Shown here: in pieces, positions 38,391 to 50,115 of the stretch
Layout: each line of letters opens with the position of its first letter
Position numbering within the stretch: the stretch's first letter is position 1
Source: Amphiscolops sp. MND2022
Lineage: Eukaryota
Reading direction: 5' to 3'
DNA: 64,000 nucleotides
NCBI GenBank assembly: GCA_964187785.1
Contig: OZ076417.1
Location: 51,460,001-51,524,000 of the forward strand
Made by a program: the position numbers and the translations under genes
The notes under the pieces: model-generated
What the model saw: only the letters and a program-made list of their open reading frames with translations
The model's database searches: none
What the model was told of the DNA's origin: nothing

Positions 38391-38601
38391 GATATCCGCT
38401 GCTCCCTCTGCAAGGCTATCGAAGGATAATTTATCACTTGGACAAAATACCAAAATATCATTTTTTTCACTAGAATGCATTCATTTGATAAATAACTTGT
38501 CTACCGGTAGACAAATAATTTATATTTTATATGAATACATTCTAATGAAAAATTATGGTATGTTGTGAATAGTTCAGAAAAAAATAGTTGACATCAATAG
38601 T

Positions 38602-41316
38602 TGTAGAAATTTTTGCTAGAGGGTTGGAGAGGAATCCCAATGCTCGATTCTAACAGAAAGGTTTAGTTTTTGGTGAGTAAGTTTCGTTCACGTATCGCGT
38701 ACTCTTTTCACAAGGTCTCTCCAGTGCTCAAGTTTCGACTCCAAAACACTGTGGAAAAGTTACTTGCAATTAATACTCTAATTCTGGAATTATCTGGATA
38801 ATACAAGTCGAAGATTTCCATAGTATATAAACTCTCAACCGAATAACAATCGCACAGCAGATGAATGAATTATATACAATAACTCGACAGAACTGTGCCA
38901 AAATCAAGATTCACTCAAAGATTTCCAAGTCCCGGACTTGTAACTGATTCTCTGCTCTCACTAAGCAGTTAAGTCAAATTCGAAATCGAGTAAGTTTCTT
39001 GCCCGCACACGGCTCAACTTACTCTTAACTTCGTAATCGTTCTTCTGTATCGATTCGGTCTCTTTTTCCCTCCCTAAGATATTTATTCGTCAGCCGCATT
39101 TTTGTTGTACCGATGCCGCTCTTTTATTTGCATGCTTTTAACTTCATGTAGTTCCATTCCTTTTATGGCACGGAAGCGCCCTAGTTATATTTCGGCCAGA
39201 CATACTTCGCCGCCAACGACAAATACTTCAACAAAGGTTGTACAAAGTTCACATTTTATTAATAATTCAAGTCAACCAAGATATTTCCAATATCGAGCCA
39301 ATCGTTTAACGACCTTCAGTTACATGGTTTACATGCTCTCTACGTGTGAGGGGTACTTTTCTATCATCCTAGGTGCAATACATTGCGAATGGTTCCGCCT
39401 GGCCGAAATGCATAAATTATCACTTACAGACGCTGATTTACGTGTTTTATCACAAGTTTCTCTATATGTTCCTGGGTTGCATCTGGAATGACCTTGAGGT
39501 CCATCGGTGACCTTGAAGTTATTTGCCCTCATCCAGTGTTGCTACATGCCAAGTTATATCGTCCTAGCGTCAATAGTCTTCGAGTTACACGATATGCGTA
39601 TGGTTTGTTTACTTAAGGCGGTTACCCCCGTATGGGTTACAAATACGACCTCGTTCACATTAGCAATCAACTACATTCATCATTCCGGTTCGTTTGAGAC
39701 ATTACAAGCCAAGGTCAAATGTCATTTATCGGTCGGGCCCGCGCGTCCGGTCCCGCGTGGCTTAAACAAATATTACTCCGCGCGTGGTGTATCGATCGAT
39801 GTATCTTTCTTGTATATTAGTTAGGGTTACTAGGTGAACATCCTGGGTAAGTTTCATGATCTTAGGGTCATCCGGTGGCTATTTACATAACGTTCCGAGT
39901 TTATTTACTCAGGGTCCGTACTCCTCCTACACGCGTCATAGTGTTCCGAAAACATTCTCAAACGGCTTAATATCATATGGGCTATCGATCCTATATATAA
40001 TACGACTTATTCCGTGCTTGACCGACGAGTTCATAGGGGGGTCGACCTAGGTCACTTATAGCACCTAGGTGCTAATAGCCCGGGACTGGGGGGTCTCGGC
40101 TCGGTTCGGTTTTCATAGGCGAGTACCATAACACCTCAGGTATACGTGTGCCAAATTTCAGCGGGATCGGTTCAGTAGTTCGCCGGGACGGGGGGGTGGT
40201 TTTTTTGGGATGCCCCTCCGGTTCGCATAAAATAAAACTTTGTAAAATTCGCTCGAAGCGGTCGATTCCAATTTGGCTTATTCGAACAATTTCATTGTTG
40301 ACGTCACTCACTACTTCGCTCAAACAATCAAATTTACTCTTTCTATTTTTTTGTTTGCCATCCGCATTTCTATTCTCGCACGCTATTGGATTGCAATATA
40401 GTAATAAATCAATCATGGATCTTAAGAGTTATATCGAACGAGTGGGTTATCTTCGATCCGGTGCCTTGCCTTCCCGTATGACTGCCCGCCAACGGTACAA
40501 TTTCAAGCAACCATGAAAAGGTACTCTCTCGATCACTGTCTTCGCCTCCACTTGGATTCGCGTCGGGTTCTCCGCAGAAAGGAGGTGAGGAGGGAGCTGC
40601 AGTTACTTCATGTGGAGCTCAATTACTGCAACCGCGATGAATTTATCCGTGCTGCTCGGGAGCGCTTCTCCGTTGTGGGTCTCGAGGGTCATTGCCGGGT
40701 TGTTGTCACTTCGTGTGTGGCGCGGCTTGATGACCTCATTGGCTTTCGTGTGGAAGGCCCCATGGTTCACTTTACCGAGGAGAGGAGGAAGGACCTATGT
40801 CGCAAGTTCGGCATCCCTTGGGCAAGGCACTTCCCAACTGTCGATTACCCCTGTTTGGATGTCGCCCGTTTTAAACCGGACACATTGGATACCAGATCTA
40901 CTCGTAACTGCCTCTGCTCAGCCCTGAGCGCTGTTCTTTCTGGGACGCCTGCTCACGCGGGTATACTCGAAGAAATGGTGCGTCAGGAGCGCTCCAGGCC
41001 CAACGGACACCTCGCGGTCCGATTCGACGGTGACCTTCCTGAAGGTGGGGTGGATGATCTGTTCTTCGTTACTGCCACCGACAGGAAGCTACTGGCCCGT
41101 CGGCTTGGCATAATTATTTTTGAATATTTTGTTGGGCGGGGCAATGATCCACCTTGTTGGATTACCTATTCTGGGAATCATCAAGGGCCGGAGCAGGGTG
41201 GCGTTTATCTAGCTGTATGTTGGCTCAAGAAGCGTAAATTATTTCACAGTGTCGCCGTTCTTGGGTTGAAACCGACTGGGGGCTAGTCTTGGGTAAGTTA
41301 AAATATCATTTTCACA
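38602..41316 (-). repeat. 3' LTR (2715 bp)
   Basis: Near-identical (about 98% by eye) to 50116-52772; bounded by the PPT at 41317-41325 and the TSD. Confidence 0.96.
40415..41286 (+). CDS. LTR-encoded antisense ORF, 3' LTR copy (1-nt frameshift near 40511): HHCC-like plus OTU-like
   Basis: MDLKSY...FKQ|MKRYSLD...RNCLCSALSAVLSG...WITYS...GVYL...FHSVAV; the frame is continuous across this point in the other LTR. Confidence 0.75.
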
Positions 41317-41478
41317 TTCTCCCCTACTGGACTCTTATTCTCCCGAATATGGAACAAAAAAATCCGAGACCGTTACGTAATGTCGCGAAAATTGGCTCTA
41401 GTAGAATAAAGTAAAATAAGTAAAATTTGTCTAGGTAAAGTCTTCTATCAGATCCAATCCCGATTCAAGACCCATGCG

Positions 41479-42000
41479 TTACTCGCTCTCTTCGCTGCTG
41501 CTTGCTTCCATTTGCCTTTCCTTCAGTTTAGAGAAGAATTCCGGGTCTTCGGGGTCGAGTCCGTCTGCATTTTCCCATCCTGATTGATCCTGCTCCGACG
41601 GGGCTGACATCCGTTGTTTACGCCTTGCCGGCATTGTCGTCTTAGTTCTTCGCTTTCCCCTTGTCGCCTCTCTCATATTTGGTATAACTTTGTCGGCCGC
41701 TGTCATTCTATCAATTTTCCTCTTCCGGCTCATGTCTTTCCGGGGGTTAGATGACGATTGACGTGGCATCTCGATGTCTTGGGATCTCTGGAGAGGGGCC
41801 ATGGCCTGAGTTATCTCGGTCCTTGTGGAGCGAAGGTCCCCATCGCTGCCCACCTGTCCATAAGGTGTGCGGCCGTCCCATTCCGGCCTTGTACGGTTCT
41901 CCAGGCTCGTTCTTTCCCCCGTTCGTGCCGCGGCGAGCGTTCCAAATTAGGACCCATTTGCGGTCTCTTCGTCGTTTCCAGGTGAGGTCATATAGTTCAT
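41479..42000 (-). CDS. Accessory ORF between env and the PPT, basic/NLS-rich (one in-frame TAA at codon 18)
   Basis: ACCATGA start at 42000 in frame with the 41479-41853 ORF; SRKRKIDR, GKRRTK and ARRKQR clusters; acidic tail; upstream CTAAC...TTTTCAG acceptor at 42094. Confidence 0.65.
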
Positions 42001-42216
42001 GGTGCGTGTCGACTCCAGTTTTCCAGAGTTACGTTATTATTGAATGTAAGGATTGTTGATATGCATTCACTTATTAGTTTTACTTTCGCTAGACTGAAAA
42101 TAGTTAGAAATTCTATGTTTATTTACAGGTTAACAAGTTGGCATCAAACCGGTTATCATTATGACAAAAGTTTCATACATTTTCCCTTTCGATTTAGGTA
42201 TAAAGCTACCCTTTTT

Positions 42217-44413
42217 TCAGTTTTGTCGTGGAAACGACACGTGCTGTGATTTTTTCATTATTTCATCAGTCTTCAACGAATTGGTTGGGGCGCCAGAGCT
42301 CCCACTGGGAGTATCATCTTTCACTTCCAGTCGACCGCCTTCATGTCCTACTGCGCTTTCTTTCATCTCGACCTGGTTGGGTTCATCAAGCGTACTGTCG
42401 CATGTCTGACTGCCTATCACATTCCTGTTTCCTTGAGCACGTTTGCAGGGGCATGGGGTGAGCATTACTGCGAAGAATTGTCGGGGTCCCATGTACGTCA
42501 TCAGTCCTCCACCGGTCAGAAGTAAGATCGTCAATAAGGTCAGCAGGACCGTACCGACCACTGGGTGTGCCACTGACTGCCATCGCATAGGCGCATGTCG
42601 CTTTAGGAGCGACTCCGCAAAAGGGCGTGCGATTTCCTTCAGTTCCTCTTCGGCTACTGTTCCTTCAGGGAGTTTATTCAAGTCCATCTTCATTCCCTTC
42701 AAGATGTCTTCATGGACCGCAGTTTGGAAATCTTTTGGAATATAGTAGCTTGCTTCATCTCGTTGGATCTCCTTCACCAGGTTGAAAATCGTAGTCAAGA
42801 CTGCGTTTTGGTTTATGGTTATATGCAGTCCTGAGTTGTGGTGGCATCGGTGTGGGTCAGGGTTCAGTACCAGGCTTCCGTCGGGTGTTTCAATGCGTCC
42901 GCCACACACCGGTCTGAGTAGACAACTTTTGCACCCTGCAATCCTCTCCCCTTCTATCGCATATCCACCGGTGTAGTTGTATAGCTGGTAATCGACGCTG
43001 TTTGCTGTTAACACATAAGTCGAGTCGCCCAAGTACTCGGCCAAGGGTCCCTCAGGTAAGACATGAGGACTTACTACTTCTTGACATAGCCACTGGCCGT
43101 AGGCACAATCTCAGTCGCGATGTTCCTTGACAGTGGGTGCTGAGCTCCTGCTCTGTCGCTTCCGCGAAGCTGTCCCTCCTTTCAGACTGCAAGAATTGGT
43201 TCTGCTTAAAAACATATCGGGTGGCCGTGTTCCCTTCGTCGATCGGTTGGGGTATCGGTACTGCCTTGTACACACGGTAGAGGCCACCCGCGTAGTGCAT
43301 GGGGATGTTTATCAGCACGATGATGGTGTTCTCCGTCATAACTACATTTTCTACTAATTCGAATCAGTAATACGCCGATAATTCGGCCCGAGGAATAGCT
43401 TCTTGCATTCAGTCCACTCGGATGTTGTTTAAAAGTTTCAGTAAAGCTTCTGGTGGAACCAGTGTGGCCGGGATGAAACCCTTCGTCAATGAGGCCAATG
43501 CATCATCCAAGATATACCCAAAGTTGTGAAGTCCGACTTGATAATCCAGAAATTCAGTCAACAAGGTGTCGAAAAGCTTCGTATGGTTTATAAGGACGGT
43601 CGTGAAATGTACAGACTCCTGAAATTCATTCTCCCATTTGGCACAAATTGTCGAGCCGTCCACTGCTCCCGGAGACAAGTTATCTTTGAGCTTCGTGAAT
43701 AAGTCCCTGATCTGTTGGAAATTGGCGTTAGAGTCTTTAGCGAGAATTTTCAGCCTCCCCTGGGTTCGATTCAGGGCATGTCCCAAGAGGTGAATTCTCT
43801 CTCCCGATTCCAGCGTCACAGTCCTTGCCATGTCATCTAAATCGCTCAGTCGATGAGCTAACTCATCGTACTTTCTGGAGTCGCCACACATGAAGGTGAA
43901 CGGACAGAACCCGTCGATTAGTTTGGGGAGTAGGGTTATCGCGGCCGCTGTTGCTGCCGCCCCGGCGACTACCACGGTCAGTGCTCCCCGCTTGGTTCTT
44001 CCTTTGTGTAGTTCCCTATGCACAATGAACGTTTGAGCCCGTTCGCGCATCTCTGTCAAATCATCCTTCACTTCCAGGAAGACTTTCTCAACGTTCTTCA
44101 GCCCAATATATGGTATATTGAATAATGCGTGCGTCAAGCTTGCGTTACCACAGAAATCTGTTCCTTTCGCTCGGCCCCAGGCTTTCCGAAAATTATACTG
44201 AAACTCTTGAAATGCCAGGTCCAAGTGGGTGACGTTCAAATTGGGTAGTGGTAGGAAAGGTATCGACACCCAAGCTGCCTCGAGTGAGCTAGCTACAATA
44301 ACTGGAATCTCGGGTACAAAAACTACTTAAGCAGTGTTGTTATATTCCAAAGTTTTTGCTGTTGGGAAACCCCAGCAAACCAGCAAAATTAGCGAAAGGG
44401 TTTTTAATATCAT
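42217..44413 (-). pseudogene. env: Envelope / class I fusion protein (disrupted)
   Basis: Signal peptide MILKTLSLILLVCWGFPTA, furin site RTKR followed by hydrophobic GALTVVVAGAAATAAAITLL, heptad-like region, Cys-rich region, TM VVGTVLLTLLTILLL; stops near 44329 and 43409, frameshift near 43050. Confidence 0.88.
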
Positions 44414-45151
44414 CCTGTTTTCGAATTCAATAGTTTAACAAGTGATGCCAACTTATGAACCTTAAGGGTTACACTATTTATTCATAATGTCTCGCCCATA
44501 CCAGACGGTCCATCATTCTTTCAATCAAAGGTGAGTCTACCCATAATTCCAGACGACTAAGGTATGTTTACTTTCGGTATTGACAATTGCATCATTCCAT
44601 GTACGTTTTTCTATCTACCTTGTGTGCTCACCTTTGAAGTCAGTGAATAGGTCATTTCACCCAATGGTATTAGAAAAACAAACACCATGGGTGCGTGGGG
44701 GTTTAATCATAGTGTGGGTCAAAAAAAAACAATAGAATTCTAGGAAACTCAATGGGAAGAATGCATAGCCCAGTGAAAATTTCAACAAGGGGGGTTTAAA
44801 GAGTTAGTTTTTAGTTTGTGATCCTCTTACCGGTTCAGTCATCAATTCCGAACCTTTGCGTGGGTTTACGGCTGCGTTGCAGGTAGCGCTGTTGGTCTTC
44901 AGCTTGCTGGGTTGGGGGGTCATCTAGGGTTTCGGGATTCACCGCGTTGTCTGCGACGTCTTCCACGGGTTCGATGAGGGTGTGGGTTTCTCCTTCTGAC
45001 GGTTGGGTTGACCAATCTGCTCGCATGGGGGTTGTGTGGCTGCATCCCGTAACACTAACTGGTTCATCTGGTGTCTCCTTACGCCCAGTGTCGTTTTCTT
45101 CTTCAAACATTGACCCCAGCTGGTAGTCTTGGTCGAGCCAACGGTCTTGCT

Positions 45152-48100
45152 TCATTCTGTCGTACTTCCGGACGGTCTGCCCAGCGATACGACGGGCGTC
45201 AGCCTCTGTCTTAGCAGCACTAACTGCCGGCTTGGAGGGTCTTCGTGGTCTAGTTCGTCCACAACATCCTCCTCATCCACCTCGTCGAAGAAATTCTTTG
45301 ATCGATACGGGTTCGGTCGGCAGGGTATCTCGTCAACTGGTTCGCTCACAAAGGGTTTTAACATATTGAAATGGACGATCTTCCATTTGTCTTCTTTCCC
45401 CTTTTTCGCGGTCTTGTAGTTGACTTCTGACGTCTGTTCCAAGATCTCCCATGGCCCCTCCCACGGTAGGTAGAATTTTCTCGACTTGGCTTTGTGGGGG
45501 GACATCAGCCAGACTTTCTCCCCTTCTGCATAGTTCCGCCCGAAGACCTTCTTGTGGTAGCGGTCTTTTTGACGTTCCTGATTAACTCCCAGGTGACTTC
45601 TAGCTGCGCTATGGGCCTCGTGGAACTTGCGATCCAGGTCGTCCACGAACTCGGTACGGTCCATCAGCTCGTCGTGTGGCCGGGGATAAAACAGGTCGAT
45701 CGGGTATTGACACTCTTGGCCATAAACCAGCGCAAATGGGGTAGCTCTTGTTGTCCGGTGAACAGTTGTGTTGTAGACGAAATTCAAGTATGGGAGGACC
45801 TCGTTCCAGACTTGTGGGTCATCACTACAGTATTTTGAGACCATGTCTGCAATCACTCGGTTAAAACGCTCCACTTGGCCATTCCCCTGCGGGTGGTAGG
45901 GGGACGTCCTCGTTTTGTCTATTTTCAATAACTGACACATTTCTTGTATCACCCGACTTCCGAAGTTCGTCCCTTGGTCCGTATGCAGACAGTCGGGGAC
46001 TCCAAAGTGCAGAATCCAGCCCGTAACTATAGCTTCCACTACATCCTGTGCTTCGGTCTTCACCAAGGGCACTGTGACTACAAACTTCGTGAAACAGTCG
46101 GTCATCGCTAGGATGTACTTGGCCCCCGTCTTTGTTGCTTTAGTCACCGGGCCCAAGATGTCCGCGGCTACGGTGTGGAAACGAATTCCCACTTTTCGAG
46201 GCTGTAATTCAGCGACGTTTTTCTTCCCAGCCACGGACCGCGCGGCGCAGGGTCTTTTTTGAGATCCGTTTTTCTACGTCCTTTCTCATCGATGGCCACC
46301 AAAACCTCTGTCGAATTTAGAGGAGAGTCTTCTCAAGCGCGAAGTGTCCACCACTCAACGGGGAAGAATGCAGTTGTTCCAGTATCTCCTTTCGGGACTC
46401 TAATGGGACAATTAACTGCACTTGATCTTGTCCACTCTCTGCACTGGCCCAATGACGATATAGCAACCCATTTTTGACAAAGAGCTGCCGCCAGAGGTTC
46501 CAGAACGCTAGAGCTTCTTCTCCTGAAGACACTGCTTCTTTCTGGGTAGCCACCCTGTTGCCAAGTTCATTCTGGTTCGGTTTTGTCTTCGCATCAGCCC
46601 ACTCCAGTACTGCTCGAATTGCTGGGTCCGCCCATTGTGCTTTCAGGATGTCATCAGGCGAGGATTTCCATGTTATTTGGATCTCGTCTGGGTTGGGGAC
46701 CTCAGTTTCGGTTGCAACCCTGTCGGAAACGCTCAGTTCTTTTAGTGCCAGTTCCATCGTCAGAGGTTCCGGACAGGAACCCATTGGCTCCTCTTTCTCT
46801 CCAGGTAGCCATTCCGGTTCGTCGGAACTCATTCGAGACAGCCCGTCTGCATTTCCATGTTTGTCGCCGCTCCGATGGATCACTTTGAATTTGTATACCT
46901 GGAGCGTCTGTAGCATCCGAAACGTCTGGCCGTCTGCATTCTGCCGAAATAGCCATCGCAAGCTGGCGTGGTCGGTGCGGACCAAGAATTCCGTGCCCCA
47001 TATGTACGGTCTGAACCACTTCAGGGCCTGCACTACCGCTAAGGCTTCTCGCTTCGTGGTTGAGTACATGCTTTCGGTCTTTGATAGCACCCTGCTTGCA
47101 AACACGAGTGGTCTTTCGTCTCCATCGATCACGTTGGACAGCACTGCACCCAAACTCACGTTACTGGCATCCGTGTCCACCACAAACAGGCTTTTGAAGT
47201 CGGGGTACTGAAGCATGGGTGCAGTAGTGAGCTCCAATTTCAGTCGTTCAAAAGCTACTTGGCAAACTTCATTCCACTCAAAACAATCATTCTTCTTCGT
47301 GACTGCGTGTAGAGGTCTAGCTATTTCTGCAAAGTTTCGAATAAATCGGCGATAGTAACTGCAGAAGCCCACAAATGACCTCACGTCTGTCACGTTTTTC
47401 GGCACCGGCCACTCTTTCACTGCTTCAACCTTCGCTGGGTCGGGAGATGTGCCGTCAGCTTGAATGGTGTGCCCCAGGTAGTCTACTTGGAAAAACTTGC
47501 ACTTCTTGGGCTTCAGGCGAAGGTTTGCTTTCCTAAGCGTTTCGAAGGTTATCTTCAGATTCTGGGTGTGTTGTTCTATATCGCCGCTATACAAGAGGAC
47601 GTCGTCCAGAAAAATCAGTACTCCCTTGTAGATATACTGGACGAACAAGTTGTTCATCAGCCTCTGGAAAGTACCGGGGGCGTTGGTCAGTCCAAAAGGC
47701 ATCCTCACATATTCATAGAGTCCACCATCTGGCGTGACGAAGGCAGTTTTGTGTCGGTCTTCAGGTGCTACTGGCACTTGCCAGTACCCGCTAGCTAAGT
47801 CCAGGGTGGAAAAGAGCTTTGCACCGTTCAATGCGTCGAAGGTCTGTTCGATCTTCGGAATAGGGAAGGCGTCTTTTACAGTAATTTCGTTGAGCCTTTT
47901 ATAAACCACGCAGAACCTCCAACTGCCGTCTTTCTTCTTGGCTAACACGATTGGGGCGCTGTACGGGCTGTTGGAGTGCTGTATGACCCCTCGTTTTAGC
48001 ATGTCCTCTACTTCCTGTTGCACAATCGGGAGCTTCGCGGGAGATATCCGGTGTGGGGGTATTTTGATGGGGTCACTGTCTCCCGTTTCGATGTGGTGTT

Positions 48101-49031
48101 CTGTTACGTCTGTGCAACCCAATTCGTCATCGTTGAGTGCAAAGACGTCTCTGTATTCGGTCACTAAAGCTTTCAGGACTTCTCGTTCCGGTCCTGTGAC
48201 GTTCTCGGCGGAGAGTGCCAAGATCTTCTCCACGTCTTGCTCCAGCGTCGGGAAGCTTGTAGCTGAGGTTACCTCACTACGGGGCTCTTGGACCACTCTA
48301 ACACTATCGGATTCCTGTGTTTCCGTGACACCTAATTGTTGGTTCGGTGGTCCAACCTCTCCAACTGAAACTTTAGATTCCTGTCGAAAGTCGTCTTCGT
48401 TGCTTTTGTCTGCATTAGAAATCCCCGCCGGCTCCTCTGGTTCCGTTGCCCTGAGCTCTCGGATACGACGAATCTGCTCGACACGGAAACCCACGATGGA
48501 ACCTTCTCCTGGTGCAGACCAAAATTGCTTGGTGTTGAAATCCAAGTTTGATTTGTGGTGATTCATAAATGCGAGGCCAAGTATGATAGTTGGATTCACA
48601 TCGTGCATTACCAAAAAGTTTACTTCTTCGTCTATTGCTCCAACGAGTATTCTAACTCGGGCTCGTCCGACGACGGCCATTTGCCTCCCATCTGCTGTCT
48701 CCAGGCGTCCGTCATACTTCTCCAGTTTCGGGAAACGATCCAGTTCATAGGTGTTTAAGTTTATTAAGTTTACTGATGCTCCAGTGTCTAGCAGTGCGTC
48801 AACTTCTCTTCCAGCCACCTTGACTTTTGTGACAGCGCTGAGTGTCCCACCTTCCAGAGTCGAGCTTGAGTTTTCTGGGTCTGGATCGTTAGAACTGAGG
48901 GAACGTGCTTTTTCTGCCAAAGCCTCGGCCTTCGCTTTGACTAGGTAGGGGATATGACGAAAATTTACAGGTTTGAATTCGGCCGGGACAAAACCTTCCT
49001 TCACTGGTCTCCCGGCCCCTCGGAGTTTAAA
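45152..49031 (-). pseudogene. pol: Pol (protease, RT, RNase H, integrase), broken in the integrase zinc-finger region near 46300
   Basis: LLDTGAS; MPFGL...IFLDD; TDAS...REALAV...TDH; HTVAADILGP...TDQGTNF...VERFN. Confidence 0.95.
48988..49031 (-). promoter_or_regulatory. Candidate -1 ribosomal frameshift signal at the gag-pol overlap
   Basis: T TTA AAC heptamer in the gag frame, 7-nt spacer, then a GGCCGGGA...TCCCGGCC stem; pol is in the -1 frame. Confidence 0.75.
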
Positions 49032-50021
49032 GCCTCCGACTTCTTTGGGCATACTCGCGCAAAGTGGCCCTCCTCACCACATTCATAACAAGCTAGGGTC
49101 TGACGCGATGACTGTTGTTTGTTCCCGCTACCACCCTGGTTGTTGAAGTTGTTTCCGTAGCGAGTAGCACCATCATTTGGGTTGAAGAACTTCTTTTCAC
49201 TGGTGGGGGTCACTGCTGCTTGTGGGTACGGCATCGGAAGCACAGAAGACATGAACTTCGACATCATGTTAGTCAAGTTATTCATTGCTTGACTGACTTC
49301 ATTCATCTGCTGTTTCATCTCACTCATCTCGGGGTTGCTGCTGCTGTTCGTTGTTGCCTCTTGAGTCACCCTGAGTGCTGCCACTCGCTTCGTGGACCTA
49401 TTCCGTATGGATTTCGAGATAGTCTCCAGGTCAATAGTCCTGTTGATGGTGTCGGTGAATGACCTAGTGTCTTCTCTCAACAAGACCTCGAGCAGATCGG
49501 GGTCCGACAACCCTTCGATGAATCGCTCTCGAAACTGCTCATCCCGTTGTTCCGCCTCCAGAGTGCGAAACACTTGCATCCCCACGCTTCGAACTCGGCA
49601 AGCAAAGTTCCTCAGGCTCTCGCCTTCCTTCTGTACTAAAGCTTTAAACTCACTCCTGCCCATCCTGTCGTTCCTCAGAACACCAAGAGCTCTGTCCAGA
49701 TGCTCAAAGGGGTTTTCAAGGGTCGGGGCCGGCTCGCCTTTGGTGTCTTGTTTCAGCGCTGCAGGTGCGGCGTGAAACTCATCCAACGCGTGGCCGTTGA
49801 GGCAAACTGGTAGAGCGTTGATTGCTTGAATCTGGGTCCATCTGTTCGCTTCTGCTACGGCAGTAAAGTGGGATTTCCATTGTACCCAATTCGGATAAGC
49901 ATTCGAGGGGAATCTATCCGGCCTGAGAGCACCATTGTTGAAAATCCGATTCTGCTGGTCGTTCAGCACCTGCCCCTGCAATGGTCACCTCCAGTAGATC
50001 TCGTCTCTCGTCTTGATTCAT
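49001..50021 (-). CDS. gag: Gag with a CCHC knuckle (probable 1-nt frameshift shortly after the ATG at 50021)
   Basis: WVQWKSHF...AEANRW, FRERFIEGL, CYECGEEGHFARVC. Confidence 0.9.
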
Positions 50022-50115
50022 CGTGTTGTCAGGGGATAACAGCTAAGTCCCAGTAAAACAATTCCAAAATAACAGCGATACAGAACTACGAAAATTGCCC
50101 AACCAGGAGCGCCAC

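Noticed and set aside
38391-38480. Upstream in-frame ATG extending the receptor by 30 aa
   Set aside because: The signal peptide starts at 38390; the extension is hydrophilic and unsupported.
39102-40416. Other short ORFs in both LTRs (39102-39491, 39507-39824, 40072-40416 and their copies)
   Set aside because: They are duplicated only because the LTRs are; non-ATG starts and no motifs.
30346-48758. Numerous antisense ORFs overlapping gag, pol and env
   Set aside because: These are shadows of coding sequence with no independent signals.
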